A DNA stretch of 64,000 bases from Candidatus Omnitrophota bacterium (GTDB lineage Bacteria > Omnitrophota > Omnitrophia > Omnitrophales > Aquincolibacteriaceae). Where the stretch lies: the NCBI GenBank assembly GCA_903856085.1, contig CAIOAT010000047.1, positions 20,634-84,633 on the forward strand, read 5' to 3'. How positions within the stretch are numbered: the stretch's first letter is position 1; every line of letters begins with the position of its first letter. Below are positions 10,885-21,532 of this stretch, one piece after another. Under the pieces are notes generated by a model that saw only the letters and a list, made by a program, of their open reading frames with translations, made no database searches and was not told the DNA's origin. The position numbers and the translations under genes were made by a program.

Positions 10885-11670
10885 ATGAAAAAAAGACCCT
10901 TGATTGCCGGAAACTGGAAAATGTACAAGACGGCCTCTGAAGCTGTCACGCTTGTTCAGACGCTCAAAGCGGCCGCACACACGGTCTCAAACGTTACAAT
11001 CGTGATCTGTCCGCCTTTTACGGCCCTCAGCGAAGTTTCCAAGGTCCTGAAGGATACGTCGATCAACCTGGGAGCTCAGAACATGTATTGCGCTCCGGAA
11101 GGCGCGTTCACAGGCGAGATTTCACCGACGATGCTTAAAGACAGCGGCTGTCGTTACGTGATCCTCGGGCATTCCGAACGCCGCCAATATTTCAAAGAGG
11201 ATGATATCTTGATCCATGAAAAAGTGAAGACCGCTCTCAAATACAGTATCATTCCGATCGTGTGCGTCGGTGAAACGCTTGCGGAAAGGGACGCCAAGAA
11301 GCATTTCGATGTTGTCAAAACGCAATTCGACGAATCACTCGGCCATCTCGAAAAAGAGGAAATCGCCAAAGTCGTCGTCGCCTACGAACCGGTGTGGGCT
11401 ATTGGCACGGGGAAAACCGCAACCCCGGACCAAGCCGAGCAGATGCATTCTTATATCCGCCGTCTTCTCAATGAACGTTACAGCCAAGAGGTCGGTAACC
11501 GCATTCCGATTCTTTATGGGGGGAGCGTCAAACCGGACAACACGAAATCCTTGATGGAAAAACCCAATATCGACGGCGCCCTGGTCGGAGGCGCATCCCT
11601 TAAGGCCGAATCATTCGCGCAGATCATCCAGGAAGCTCAACAAACTTACGAATTGGGGATTCACTCATGA
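10885..11670 (+). CDS. tpiA: Triosephosphate isomerase
   Basis: AYEPVWAIGTGKTAT, GHSERR and IAGNWKM motifs. Confidence 0.95.
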   Translation: MKKRPLIAGNWKMYKTASEAVTLVQTLKAAAHTVSNVTIVICPPFTALSEVSKVLKDTSINLGAQNMYCAPEGAFTGEISPTMLKDSGCRYVILGHSERRQYFKEDDILIHEKVKTALKYSIIPIVCVGETLAERDAKKHFDVVKTQFDESLGHLEKEEIAKVVVAYEPVWAIGTGKTATPDQAEQMHSYIRRLLNERYSQEVGNRIPILYGGSVKPDNTKSLMEKPNIDGALVGGASLKAESFAQIIQEAQQTYELGIHS

Positions 11671-12140
11671 ACCTTCTTATTGTTTGCATTCACGTCGTCG
11701 TTTGTTTCGTCCTGATTCTCGTCATTTTGCTCCAGGCCGGTCGAGGACAAGGGCTCACGGGAGCCAGTTTCGGCGGAAACGTTCAGTCTCTTTTTGGAAC
11801 GAAAGCTTCATCGTTCCTTACCAAGGCTACGAGCGTTTGTGCGATCATCTTTCTTTTTACGTGCATCGGATTGAATATTATCGAGGTCCAAAAGAGCCGT
11901 TCGCTTTTCAAATCTCCGAGTTCTCAAGCGCCTCTTGATATCGAACAGATCAAGAAAGCGCTTGCGAAGGTCAACAAGACCCGCGCCGCTGGAACAACCA
12001 CGGCAATCAAGACCGTGACGGTCCCGAAAACCGATGCCCAAAAAGTCGCCGAGGCCTCGAAAGCTGAAGCTGCGAAGCTTGCGGAAACTCTTAAAACAGA
12101 AGTTGTCACCACCGCGAAGGCGACGGCTAAGAAATCCTAG
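11667..12140 (+). CDS. secG: Preprotein translocase subunit SecG (with an Ala/Lys-rich C-terminal extension)
   Basis: Two N-terminal TM helices with a Gly-rich loop (LLQAGRGQGLTGASFGG); the conserved tpiA-secG linkage with a 4 nt overlap. Confidence 0.7.
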   Translation: MNLLIVCIHVVVCFVLILVILLQAGRGQGLTGASFGGNVQSLFGTKASSFLTKATSVCAIIFLFTCIGLNIIEVQKSRSLFKSPSSQAPLDIEQIKKALAKVNKTRAAGTTTAIKTVTVPKTDAQKVAEASKAEAAKLAETLKTEVVTTAKATAKKS

Positions 12141-12175
12141 CCGTTCTTACGGTCCTTCTGCCCGATGCGGACCCT

Positions 12176-14239
12176 ATGAAAGTCTCCGAACCGGAAATCG
12201 GAGCTTTGCGTTATATCAAGGGTGTCGGTCCCAAGCGTTCCCTTGTTTTTCAAAAGATTGGCATTCATTCGGTTCGTGATCTGCTCTATCTTTTCCCTCG
12301 TCGTTACGAAGATCGCTCCCATTTCGCCGCGCTCAACAACCTGCCCATGAATGAGCCCATTACATGCCGAGGCGAGATTGTGGATGTGAAATTCAAACCC
12401 ATCCGCGGCATGCCTCTCGTCGAAGTTTTGATCGGCGATGATGTCGGGACCTTGCGCGCTGTCTGGTTCAATCAGCCTTACTTAAAGAAACTTTTTCTTT
12501 GCGGCCAGCAGGTCATTCTTTATGGCAAAGTCGAGCTCTACCAAAAGCGAATCCAGATGTCGAATCCGGAATTCGAGATCGTAGAGAGTTCCGAAGCCGA
12601 ATCCATCCACACCGGGCGCATCACACCGATTTATCCGCTGACCGAAGGACTTTTCCAGAGATCCCTCCGCACCACGCTCAAAGAAGCTATCGAGCATCAT
12701 CTGGAGGGTTCTGTCACGGACATGCTACCGCCAGAATTGCGAAGTGAACTCGATCTCATGACGCTCGACCGCGCCCTTCGTGAAATGCATCTTCCGAGCT
12801 CCTTCGAAGAGCTCGGAAAAGCGCGCCGGCGCATCGTCTTCGATGAGTTCTTCTCTTTTGAGCTACAGCTTTTTTTGAAGGTCAAAGCAATTCGCGCACA
12901 GTATCCAGCTCATGCATTTAAAATTCATCCGGACCTGATGCATGAATTCAAGCGTTCCCTGCCATTCGAACTCACGAAAAGCCAAGAACAAGCGATCTTG
13001 GATCTTGTGAAGGATCTGGGACAAACGGTACCCATGAACCGTCTTCTGCAAGGGGATGTGGGGTCAGGGAAAACAGTAGTCGCGGCGTTCGCATTTTTCG
13101 CGGCGTATCGATCGGGACTTCAATCCGCGTTTCTCATTCCGACCGAGATCCTTGCGGAACAGCATTACCGGACACTTTTGAAATTTCTGGAACCCGTGGG
13201 GATCCGCCTCGAACTTTTGACCAAAAGCACAGAGGCCGACAAGCGTGTGCGGCTTATCGCGGACCTTAAACAGGGGAAAGTTCCCGTCGTGGTCGGAACG
13301 CACGCTCTTTTGCAAGAGGACGTCCGGTTCAAGGACCTGGGGCTTCTCGTAGTCGATGAACAGCATAAATTCGGCGTGCATCAACGTAACCAGCTTTTAC
13401 AAAAAATACCGAGACCGCATCAGCTTGTAATGACCGCCACGCCGATCCCGCGGACTCTGGCTCTCACTGTCTACGCAGATCTGGACATTTCGGTTATGAA
13501 AGAGCTGCCGAAGGGCCGACAGCCAATCAAGACTTACTGGATCACCCGAAAAAAACAATCCGAGATCTTTGAGCGCGTAGCCGCCCGGATCCAAAAGGGG
13601 GAGCAGGCCTATATTGTGTTCCCTCTCATCGAGGAAACTGAGAAAAAGGATTTGCTGGCCGCGAAAAAAGAGTTCGAACGTCTTCGAAAAACTGTATTTA
13701 AGAAATTTCAGCTGGGACTGGTTCATGGCAAGCTGGATCGCCCGGAGAGGGAAGCGATCATGCGTGCCTTTTCCAGAAATGAGATCGATGTCCTTGTCGC
13801 GACTTCCGTGATCGAAGTCGGCGTGGATCAGCCCAATGCCACGATGATGATTATCGAGAATGCTGAGCGGTTTGGGCTCGCGCAGCTCCACCAATTGCGC
13901 GGGCGTATCGGTCGCGGCAAACTCGAATCGGAGTGTTTTCTCTTTGGCGAACCCACGACCGACGAGGGAAAGATGCGCCTCAGACTTCTCACCAAACTGA
14001 ACGACGGATTTCTTATCGCGGACGAAGATCTGAAACTTCGCGGGCAGGGAGATCTTTGGGGAACCCGTCAATCCGGGGAGCCTCTTTTTCGCGTCGCACA
14101 TCCGATCAACGATGAGGCCATCCTGCTTCAAGCGAGGAGAGAAGCTCAAAAATTGATCGCTGGAATTCCCGGGGTCTCACCCCAAAAAACTCCCGCGTGG
14201 GTCCAAAAATATCTCGAACAAATGCCCAAAACCGATTAG
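12176..14239 (+). CDS. recG: ATP-dependent DNA helicase RecG
   Basis: Walker A GDVGSGKT, DEQHKFG, ~690 aa length. Confidence 0.9.
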   Translation: MKVSEPEIGALRYIKGVGPKRSLVFQKIGIHSVRDLLYLFPRRYEDRSHFAALNNLPMNEPITCRGEIVDVKFKPIRGMPLVEVLIGDDVGTLRAVWFNQPYLKKLFLCGQQVILYGKVELYQKRIQMSNPEFEIVESSEAESIHTGRITPIYPLTEGLFQRSLRTTLKEAIEHHLEGSVTDMLPPELRSELDLMTLDRALREMHLPSSFEELGKARRRIVFDEFFSFELQLFLKVKAIRAQYPAHAFKIHPDLMHEFKRSLPFELTKSQEQAILDLVKDLGQTVPMNRLLQGDVGSGKTVVAAFAFFAAYRSGLQSAFLIPTEILAEQHYRTLLKFLEPVGIRLELLTKSTEADKRVRLIADLKQGKVPVVVGTHALLQEDVRFKDLGLLVVDEQHKFGVHQRNQLLQKIPRPHQLVMTATPIPRTLALTVYADLDISVMKELPKGRQPIKTYWITRKKQSEIFERVAARIQKGEQAYIVFPLIEETEKKDLLAAKKEFERLRKTVFKKFQLGLVHGKLDRPEREAIMRAFSRNEIDVLVATSVIEVGVDQPNATMMIIENAERFGLAQLHQLRGRIGRGKLESECFLFGEPTTDEGKMRLRLLTKLNDGFLIADEDLKLRGQGDLWGTRQSGEPLFRVAHPINDEAILLQARREAQKLIAGIPGVSPQKTPAWVQKYLEQMPKTD

Positions 14240-14248
14240 ACTACGACC

Positions 14249-14848
14249 ATGCGTATTATTAGCGGAAAATTTAAATCGCGGAAGATTGATTTCCCCAAGA
14301 ACAAGCTGACCCGTCCGATGACGGACCGGACCAAGGAAACGCTTTTCAATATCGTGGGCTCGTTTGTCTTCGGAAAGCACATTCTGGATCTTTATGCTGG
14401 GTCGGGAAGTCTTGGATTGGAATCTATAAGTCGCGGCGCAATCAGTGCGACTTTTGTCGATCAGGCGCCGTGGGCCAAGAAAATTATCGAGAAGAATTTG
14501 GAAAGTCTCGGGGTTAGCAACCAAGGCACGATCCTTATGACGGATATGCTTCCGGCCATCAAGAGGCTCGAGAAAAGCGGACAAGGATTTTCTCTGATTT
14601 TCGTGGATCCTCCATTCATGAAAGGCTTGGTCAAAAAGACGTTGATGAGGCTGGATACGTCTGATATAGTCCTGCCTTTCGCGCAAGTGGTTGTGGGGCA
14701 TATGTGGCGGGAAGAGCTGCCGAATGCCGAGTTGAAGAACCTCAAATGGGTCCGCACAAAACGGATCGGGCAAGCCTGCCTTTCATTCTTTTTCCGATTG
14801 GAATCAACAAATGAAAAAACGAAAAGCTATATATCCGGGGAGCTTTGA
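14249..14848 (+). CDS. rsmD: 16S rRNA (guanine966-N2)-methyltransferase RsmD
   Basis: DLYAGSGSLGLESISRGA SAM-binding motif and FVDPPF motif. Confidence 0.8.
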   Translation: MRIISGKFKSRKIDFPKNKLTRPMTDRTKETLFNIVGSFVFGKHILDLYAGSGSLGLESISRGAISATFVDQAPWAKKIIEKNLESLGVSNQGTILMTDMLPAIKRLEKSGQGFSLIFVDPPFMKGLVKKTLMRLDTSDIVLPFAQVVVGHMWREELPNAELKNLKWVRTKRIGQACLSFFFRLESTNEKTKSYISGEL

Positions 14849-15308
14849 TCCCGTTACGTTCGGTCATCTGGATCTGATCGAACGGGCTCTCAACCTCTTC
14901 GACGAACTGATCGTGGTCGTCGCCTCAAATCCTTCGAAAAAGACCCTTTTTACGGCGGAGGAGCGTGTGAGTTTCTTAAAAACGGCGCTCAAACATCGCC
15001 CCCAGGTGAAAGTGAAAAGTTCGGAAGGCTTGACGGTCCGTCTTGCGGTGAAAGAAAAAGCGTTCACGCTCATTCGGGGCATCCGGGCGACCTCGGATTT
15101 CGATTATGAGTTTCAGATGGCCCTTACGAACCGCAAGCTAGCTTCCAAGATCGATACGATGTTCCTCATGCCGTCCGAATCGCATTTTTATCTTTCCTCG
15201 CGTCTCATTAAAGAGGTCGCTCAGTTGGGCGGGGATGTGACGCGTTACGTCCCGGCCCTGGTCGCCGACAGGATCAAAAAAAAGTTTTCTAGGGTCGGGG
15301 CGCGTTAA
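14811..15308 (+). CDS. coaD: Phosphopantetheine adenylyltransferase
   Basis: AIYPGSFDPVTFGHLDLIERA (the PPAT HxGH-type motif), ~160 aa. Confidence 0.9.
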   Translation: MKKRKAIYPGSFDPVTFGHLDLIERALNLFDELIVVVASNPSKKTLFTAEERVSFLKTALKHRPQVKVKSSEGLTVRLAVKEKAFTLIRGIRATSDFDYEFQMALTNRKLASKIDTMFLMPSESHFYLSSRLIKEVAQLGGDVTRYVPALVADRIKKKFSRVGAR

Positions 15309-15385
15309 CGCCGCAAGACATTTTAATTTGGGGTATGCGGCATAGTGCTGTTTATCCCTGGAATCAAATGGAGAGTGGCTCTAAT

Positions 15386-15868
15386 ATGAAATTGATCCTT
15401 TCGGAATTTGAGGAGGGCGTTTCGATCCCTGTTCAGGGGTCTTATGATGCGAAGACGATTGAGGTGGAGTTCCCGGACATGCTTTATACGGCGCCTATTC
15501 TTCTGAACGGAGAAGCTGAAAAAAACGGCGGTATGCTTCGTTTGCAGGGAACTCTGAGGACTGCGGTCCAACGGATCTGCGGAAAATGCCTGAAGGAAAA
15601 GAACGAAGATTTATCCTTTGATGTGGATTGGATCTTTGATCTCTCAGGCTTGGATGCGATTGAACCGCTTGAGAATGTGCGTGAGCTATTGATCGTTGAA
15701 CATCCGCTCGTGCATCTGTGCAAGGAGGACTGTCGCGGACTTTGTCCTCATTGCGGCATCGATCTCAATGAAGGCGCTTGCAATTGTAAAGAAAATGGCT
15801 ATCATGCTTCCCCAGTCATCATAAAAAAAGAGAAATCCAAGAAGGAGCGACATCATGGCACATCCTAA
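15386..15868 (+). CDS. yceD: YceD/DUF177 family protein (large ribosomal subunit accumulation factor) located upstream of rpmF
   Basis: Cys clusters (CGKC ... CPHCG ... CNC) and the conserved position immediately upstream of rpmF-plsX. The start could also be at 15335 or 15368. Confidence 0.7.
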   Translation: MKLILSEFEEGVSIPVQGSYDAKTIEVEFPDMLYTAPILLNGEAEKNGGMLRLQGTLRTAVQRICGKCLKEKNEDLSFDVDWIFDLSGLDAIEPLENVRELLIVEHPLVHLCKEDCRGLCPHCGIDLNEGACNCKENGYHASPVIIKKEKSKKERHHGTS

Positions 15869-16052
15869 GAGAAAACATTCGAATACGCGCTCGCGGCTAC
15901 GCCGGGCCAACGATTTTTTGGTCCCGAAGTCTCGTTCGCAGTGTGCGCAATGCGGCGCGTTCATCCTGCCTCATCGCGTCTGCACTTCCTGCGGCTTCTA
16001 TAAAGGGAAGTTGGTGAAGGTGATCAAGGTCAAGACTCGGGAGAAGGAATAA
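15855..16052 (+). CDS. rpmF: 50S ribosomal protein L32
   Basis: MAHPKRKHSNTRSRLRRA N-terminus, C-terminal CxxC zinc ribbon, 65 aa. Confidence 0.85.
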   Translation: MAHPKRKHSNTRSRLRRANDFLVPKSRSQCAQCGAFILPHRVCTSCGFYKGKLVKVIKVKTREKE

Positions 16053-16057
16053 CCCGC

Positions 16058-17107
16058 ATGATCCGGATCGCTCTGGACGGAATGGGCGGGGATTATGCCC
16101 CGCAGGTCGTGGTGGAAGGTGCTGTTATGGCCGCCAACGACTTTGAACATCTAGAAATCGTTCTCGTCGGCCAAACCGCTGCTCTCAAGAGGGAGTTGAA
16201 TAAGCATAAGGTTCTTGGCGGCAAGATCGTTCTCCTGGAAGCAAGCGAGGTCATCGGCATGGGAGAATCGCCGGTCGCCGCGCTCCGCAAGAAAAAAGAT
16301 TCCTCGATCGGCGTCTGTATCGACCTTTTGAAGAAAAAGGATTGTGCCGCGGCCGTTTCTGCAGGGAACACAGGTGCTATGGTCGCTGCCTCCACGCTTC
16401 ATCTCGGCATGTTGCCCGGGATCAAGCGTCCCGGGATCGCCATTGCAACGCCAACACTCCACGGTATGTCGGTCACCGCGGATGTGGGCGCTAACTTGAA
16501 TCCCTCCGCTTATGAACTTTTCCAGTACGCAATCATGGCGGATGTGTTTGCCCGAAGCATCCTCAAGAAGAAACGCCCAACGATTGGACTTCTTAATATC
16601 GGAGAAGAAGAATCCAAGGGCACTGAAGTCATCAAGGAAACCTACAAACTTCTTCGCGAATCCACGCTAAACTTCATCGGGAACATTGAAGGGCGCGATT
16701 TCTTTACAGGGAAAGCGGATTGCATCATCTGTGACGGCTTTGTCGGCAATGTGGTGCTCAAGATGATTGAAAGTGTTTTGGAGACCTCGGTCGCGCTCAT
16801 CGGCCGTGAGCTTCGCAAGAATCCCATCACTTCGATCGCCGCTTGGCTTTTGAAACCCGCTCTTTCCTCGATCCGAAAAGAAACGGACTATGAGGAAGCC
16901 GGGGGCGCGCCGCTTCTCGGCGTGGACGGAAACGTCATTATCAGTCACGGCATCTCTTCCGCTCTCGCCATCCGCAATGCGATCCGTGTCGCGGGAGAGC
17001 TTGTCACCACACGCGTCAATGCACAGATCGTGGAAGCCATCACCCCATACCTGAATCATGCCGTTACGCCCGTGCCTCCGGGTGAACGTAAGCCCAGTAA
17101 TGCGTAA
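16058..17107 (+). CDS. plsX: Phosphate acyltransferase PlsX
   Basis: MGGDYAP motif and the conserved rpmF-plsX-fabH order. Confidence 0.95.
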   Translation: MIRIALDGMGGDYAPQVVVEGAVMAANDFEHLEIVLVGQTAALKRELNKHKVLGGKIVLLEASEVIGMGESPVAALRKKKDSSIGVCIDLLKKKDCAAAVSAGNTGAMVAASTLHLGMLPGIKRPGIAIATPTLHGMSVTADVGANLNPSAYELFQYAIMADVFARSILKKKRPTIGLLNIGEEESKGTEVIKETYKLLRESTLNFIGNIEGRDFFTGKADCIICDGFVGNVVLKMIESVLETSVALIGRELRKNPITSIAAWLLKPALSSIRKETDYEEAGGAPLLGVDGNVIISHGISSALAIRNAIRVAGELVTTRVNAQIVEAITPYLNHAVTPVPPGERKPSNA

Positions 17108-17141
17108 TTAATTTAATCTCGTAACGATCCCAAAAGGAAAC

Positions 17142-18128
17142 ATGACAGCACCTTATCGTGCAGCTATTACAGGGCTCGGAGCATATCTGCCCGAGAAAGT
17201 TTTAACGAATGCGGATATCGAAAAGATCGTCGATACCACGGATGAATGGATCCGTACGCGGACGGGCATTTGTGAGCGCCGGGTCGCTGCCCCGGATCAG
17301 GCCACAAGTGATCTCGCTTTGCCGGCGGCGCAGGAAGCTTTAAAAAACGCCGGCATTACTCCTCAGGATCTGGATCTCATCATTGTTGCGACTACGTCGC
17401 CGGACATGATCTTTCCCTCGGCCTCCTGTTATCTCCAGGCGAAACTCGGCGCTTCTTGCGGAGCTTTTGATCTCGCAGCCGCCTGCTCCGGCTTTGCTTA
17501 TGCCCTTGCTGTAGCGGAAGGATTTGTGAAATCCGGTATTTATAAAAATGTGCTGGTCGTCGGAGCCGAAACGATCACAAGATTCATCAACTGGAAGGAT
17601 CGCGGGACCTGCGTCCTTTTTGGTGATGGCGCCGGAGCGGCTGTCGTTTCAAGGTCCAAAGACGGACATGGAATCTTGGCGTCTTACCTGGGCGCGGATG
17701 GCAATGAAAGTGAAATACTCCAGATTCCTGCGGGGGGATCCCGAATCCCACCGAGTGCTGAGAGCGTCGCGAATGGCCAACATTATATCCGCATGGCCGG
17801 CCCGGAACTTTTTAAGATCGCGGTCAAAACCATGGAACAAGCTGTTCTTAAGGTTCTGGAGCGCGAGAACCTTCAAGTAAAAGACATTAACTGTCTCATT
17901 CCGCATCAGGCGAATAATCGCATCCTTCAAGCCGTTGCGGAACGTCTCAAGATCGCTCCCGAGAAAGTTTTTATCAATGTGGATCGTTACGGCAATATGT
18001 CGAGTGCTTCCACGGTGGTCGCTCTTTATGAAGCTGTGAAAACCGGCGCAGTTAAGAAGGGGGACTATGTTGTCCTCGTCGCATTCGGCGGCGGTCTCAC
18101 CTGGGGCGCGAGCCTGATCAAGTGGTAG
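17142..18128 (+). CDS. fabH: 3-oxoacyl-ACP synthase III
   Basis: Active-site AACSGF, the HQAN and GNMSSAS motifs. Confidence 0.95.
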   Translation: MTAPYRAAITGLGAYLPEKVLTNADIEKIVDTTDEWIRTRTGICERRVAAPDQATSDLALPAAQEALKNAGITPQDLDLIIVATTSPDMIFPSASCYLQAKLGASCGAFDLAAACSGFAYALAVAEGFVKSGIYKNVLVVGAETITRFINWKDRGTCVLFGDGAGAAVVSRSKDGHGILASYLGADGNESEILQIPAGGSRIPPSAESVANGQHYIRMAGPELFKIAVKTMEQAVLKVLERENLQVKDINCLIPHQANNRILQAVAERLKIAPEKVFINVDRYGNMSSASTVVALYEAVKTGAVKKGDYVVLVAFGGGLTWGASLIKW

Positions 18129-18129
18129 C

Positions 18130-19077
18130 TTGTCTATGACCAAACCTATTGGTTTCCTATTTCCGGGGCAAGGCGCGCAATTCGTGGGTATGGGCAAAGA
18201 TCTTTATGCTGAGAGCCTTGCCGCTCGCGAACTTTATAAAAAAGCCGACGAGATCCTGGGATATCCCATCAGCCAATTCTGTTTCGACGGACCTGAAACA
18301 GAATTGACGCGCACCCTTTATGCTCAAACCGGCATTCTTGTCACCAGTCTTGCAGCGTTGGCCGCACTGCGTGAAAAAGATACGGATCTTCAGCCTTCGA
18401 TCGTTGCGGGTTTAAGTTTAGGTGAGTTCACTGCTTTGACCGCATCGGGAGCGATCTCCTTTGAAGATGCGTTGAAACTTGTGCAAGTCCGCGCTGAAGC
18501 CATGGAGGATGCGGCCAAAAATAATCCGGGAACCATGGCTTTCGTCATGGGCCTCACGATCGAGCAATGCATGGACGTAGCCCGGGAAGCAGGTTGCGAG
18601 GTCGCAAATCTTAATGCTCCGGATCAGACGGTGCTTTCAGGAGCTCTCCAGGCGATTGAACAGGCCTGCAAAATCGCAGAAACTAAAGGCGCTAAACGTG
18701 CGATGCCTCTTAAAGTCGGCGGTGCCTTTCATTCGTCCCTTATGGGGGAGGCTAAATCGCGGCTTGAGGATGCGCTTGCTCATACCCCGATCCATGAACC
18801 TAAGTGTGCTTTTATCCCCAATGTTACCGCTCTAAAAGTTTCTAATCCGGAAGAGATACGATCCTTACTTGCGAAGCAGCTGACGAGTTCGGTTCAGTGG
18901 GTCCGGACGATGGCAACCGCCAAGGAATCCGGGATTACGACTTATCTGGAAATCGGTCCTGGGAAAATACTCAAAGGACTGGCGCGTAAGTGTCAGCCAG
19001 AACTCGAAGTCTTTTCATTTTGTAGCGTGGCCGATTTTAAAGGCCTGGAATCGCTTACGGGGTTGGCAAAATCGTAA
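18130..19077 (+). CDS. fabD: Malonyl-CoA:ACP transacylase
   Basis: FPGQGAQ and GLSLGEFTAL motifs (active-site Ser). Confidence 0.95.
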   Translation: MSMTKPIGFLFPGQGAQFVGMGKDLYAESLAARELYKKADEILGYPISQFCFDGPETELTRTLYAQTGILVTSLAALAALREKDTDLQPSIVAGLSLGEFTALTASGAISFEDALKLVQVRAEAMEDAAKNNPGTMAFVMGLTIEQCMDVAREAGCEVANLNAPDQTVLSGALQAIEQACKIAETKGAKRAMPLKVGGAFHSSLMGEAKSRLEDALAHTPIHEPKCAFIPNVTALKVSNPEEIRSLLAKQLTSSVQWVRTMATAKESGITTYLEIGPGKILKGLARKCQPELEVFSFCSVADFKGLESLTGLAKS

Positions 19078-19103
19078 CAATCATAACAATAAGGAGATAA
19101 ATC

Positions 19104-19847
19104 ATGATGCTGAAAGATAAAGTCGCGCTTGTCACCGGTGCCGGTCGCGGGATCGGCCAAGCGATCGCCCTTGCGTTCGCAAAAGAGGGCGCTATTTTGG
19201 TCCTTTCGGACCTCAAAACCGAGTTTTTGACAGAGACCGAAGCCCTTGCAAAACAGGCGGGATCCCCGAAATGCATTTTGACGCAAGCCAATGTGGCTAA
19301 TGGAGATGAAGTGGACCAAGTTGTCAAAATTGCCCTTGACACGTTTGAGCGCATCGATATACTCGTCAACGTTGCGGGCATCACGAAGGACGGATTGCTC
19401 GCGACCATGTCCGAACAGGACTGGGACGATGTTCTTTCGATCAATTTGAAGAGCGCATTCCTCTTCACCAAGGCGTGCGCAAGGCCCATGATGAAGCAGC
19501 GTGCTGGAGTGATCATCAATATCGCTTCCATCATTGGGATCGCCGGGAACGCTGGGCAGGCGAATTACGCAGCCTCCAAAGGCGGCATGATCGCCCTGAC
19601 GAAGAGCACCGCGAAAGAGTTGGCCAAACGGAATATCCGGGCCAACGCGATCGCCCCGGGGTTCATCAAGAGTAAGATGACCGACAAGCTTCCGCCGGAT
19701 CTGGTCGAGAAAATGAAGGAACGGATCGGGCTAAGGCGTCTCGGAGAGCCTCAAGATGTAGCGAATGTTGCCGTATTTCTGGCATCGGAAGCTTCAGCCT
19801 ATGTCACCGGTCAGACGATCGTCGTGGACGGTGGGCTCGTACTCTGA
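19104..19847 (+). CDS. fabG: 3-oxoacyl-ACP reductase
   Basis: TGAGRGIGQAIA Rossmann motif and the YAASKGG catalytic triad region. Confidence 0.9.
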   Translation: MMLKDKVALVTGAGRGIGQAIALAFAKEGAILVLSDLKTEFLTETEALAKQAGSPKCILTQANVANGDEVDQVVKIALDTFERIDILVNVAGITKDGLLATMSEQDWDDVLSINLKSAFLFTKACARPMMKQRAGVIINIASIIGIAGNAGQANYAASKGGMIALTKSTAKELAKRNIRANAIAPGFIKSKMTDKLPPDLVEKMKERIGLRRLGEPQDVANVAVFLASEASAYVTGQTIVVDGGLVL

Positions 19848-19896
19848 TTCGATTATCACGCAATAAAGCTTTAAATCATTAAAGGAGGAAACATCA

Positions 19897-20136
19897 ATGG
19901 GCGTTCAAGAAAAGATCACAGAAATTATCGTCGAGCAACTTGGTGTGAAGCCTGAGGAAGTCGTTCCCGAAGCATCTTTCGTAGATGATCTCGGTGCGGA
20001 TTCTTTAGACACCGTCGAGTTGGTCATGGCCTTCGAAGAAGAGTTTGGTGCGGAAATTCCGGACGAAGATGCCGAAAAACTCCAGACCGTTGGGGATGCC
20101 ATTAAGTACGTCTCGGAAAAGACGAGCCAGAAGTAG
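19897..20136 (+). CDS. acpP: Acyl carrier protein
   Basis: [20 protein letters not shown] phosphopantetheine-attachment motif; AAGGAGG RBS. Confidence 0.95.
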   Translation: MGVQEKITEIIVEQLGVKPEEVVPEASFVDDLGADSLDTVELVMAFEEEFGAEIPDEDAEKLQTVGDAIKYVSEKTSQK

Positions 20137-20190
20137 TCGGCCCGTTCTTTCAATCCTAAAAATCCTTCTACCTAAGGAAGTACAACTATC

Positions 20191-21432
20191 ATGCGTCGTG
20201 TAGTTATTACCGGTATTGGCATGATTACGCCTGTGGCCAATACGGCCGAAGAATCTTGGCATGGCTTTTTGAAAGGCAAGAGCGGGACGGGTCCTCTGAC
20301 CCAGATCGACTCGACGCCTTTCAATTCCAAGGTCGCTGCCGAAGTTAAGAACTTCGAGCCCACCAAGTACATGTCCCTGAAAGAGATCAAAAAGACGGAT
20401 ATCTTTGTCCAGTTCGGTGTCGCTACAGCTAAGATGGCTATGGAAGACGCCAAGTTGGACATTTCCAAGGTCGACGCACATCGCGTTGGTATTCTGGTCG
20501 GTTCGGGAATCGGCGGACTTCGCGTGATTGAGGAGCAGCATCGTCAGATGATGGAAAAAGGACCTGGTCGTATTTCTCCCTTCCTGATTCCGATGCTTAT
20601 TGTGAATATGGCTCCCGGGGCGATTTCGATCGCTTTGGGGCTCAAAGGACCCAGCACTTGCGTGGCAACGGCCTGCGCAACGGGCTCTAATGCCATAGGA
20701 GATGCTTTCAAAATCATTCAGCGCAACGAAGCGGATATCATGTTTGCCGGCGGGACGGAATCATGCATCACAAATCTCGGATTTGGCGGCTTCGATGCGA
20801 TGAAAGCTTTAAGCACTCACAACGAAAATCCAGCGACTGCCTCGCGCCCGTTCGATAAGACGCGCAGCGGGTTCGTGATGGGCGAGGGCTGTGCGGTTCT
20901 GATCATGGAAGAGCTGGAGCACGCGAAAAAACGTGGGGCCAAGATTTACGCAGAAATGGCGGGTTACGGAATGACATCTGACGCGAGTCATATTACGGCT
21001 CCGGACCCAAGCGGGGAAGGTGCCGCCCGCTGCATGGTGATCGCCATGAAAGATGCAGGCATCCGGCCCGAAGACGTCGACTACATCAACGCCCACGGAA
21101 CCTCGACGCCTTTAAACGATAAGGTCGAGACCTTGGCCATCAAGAAAGCCTTGGGGGAAGATGTCGCGCGCAAGGTAAGGATCAGCTCGACGAAATCCAT
21201 GACCGGACATCTCCTGGGAGCAGCCGGTGCCGTCGAAGGTGCGGTTTGCGTGTTGGCTATACGCGATCAGATTGTTCCGCCGACGATCAATTACAAACAT
21301 CCAGACCCGGATTGCGATCTAAATTACGTTCCGAACGAAGCTCAAGCCTGCCGCGTTCGTTTCACTTTGTCGAACTCGTTGGGTTTTGGGGGGCATAACG
21401 CCTGTGTCGCATTCAAAGCGTATCAGGAATAG
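20191..21432 (+). CDS. fabF: 3-oxoacyl-ACP synthase II
   Basis: ACATGS (active Cys), HGTSTPLND and GHLLGAAG motifs. Confidence 0.95.
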   Translation: MRRVVITGIGMITPVANTAEESWHGFLKGKSGTGPLTQIDSTPFNSKVAAEVKNFEPTKYMSLKEIKKTDIFVQFGVATAKMAMEDAKLDISKVDAHRVGILVGSGIGGLRVIEEQHRQMMEKGPGRISPFLIPMLIVNMAPGAISIALGLKGPSTCVATACATGSNAIGDAFKIIQRNEADIMFAGGTESCITNLGFGGFDAMKALSTHNENPATASRPFDKTRSGFVMGEGCAVLIMEELEHAKKRGAKIYAEMAGYGMTSDASHITAPDPSGEGAARCMVIAMKDAGIRPEDVDYINAHGTSTPLNDKVETLAIKKALGEDVARKVRISSTKSMTGHLLGAAGAVEGAVCVLAIRDQIVPPTINYKHPDPDCDLNYVPNEAQACRVRFTLSNSLGFGGHNACVAFKAYQE

Positions 21433-21532
21433 GCCTTATTTTCTCTCTTCAGACAGTACCCTTTTCTGCCGAAATAATAGCTGTAAGAGTTAACCCTAAA
21501 GGGGATCAGCTCTATCCTAAGAGCGTGCCAGC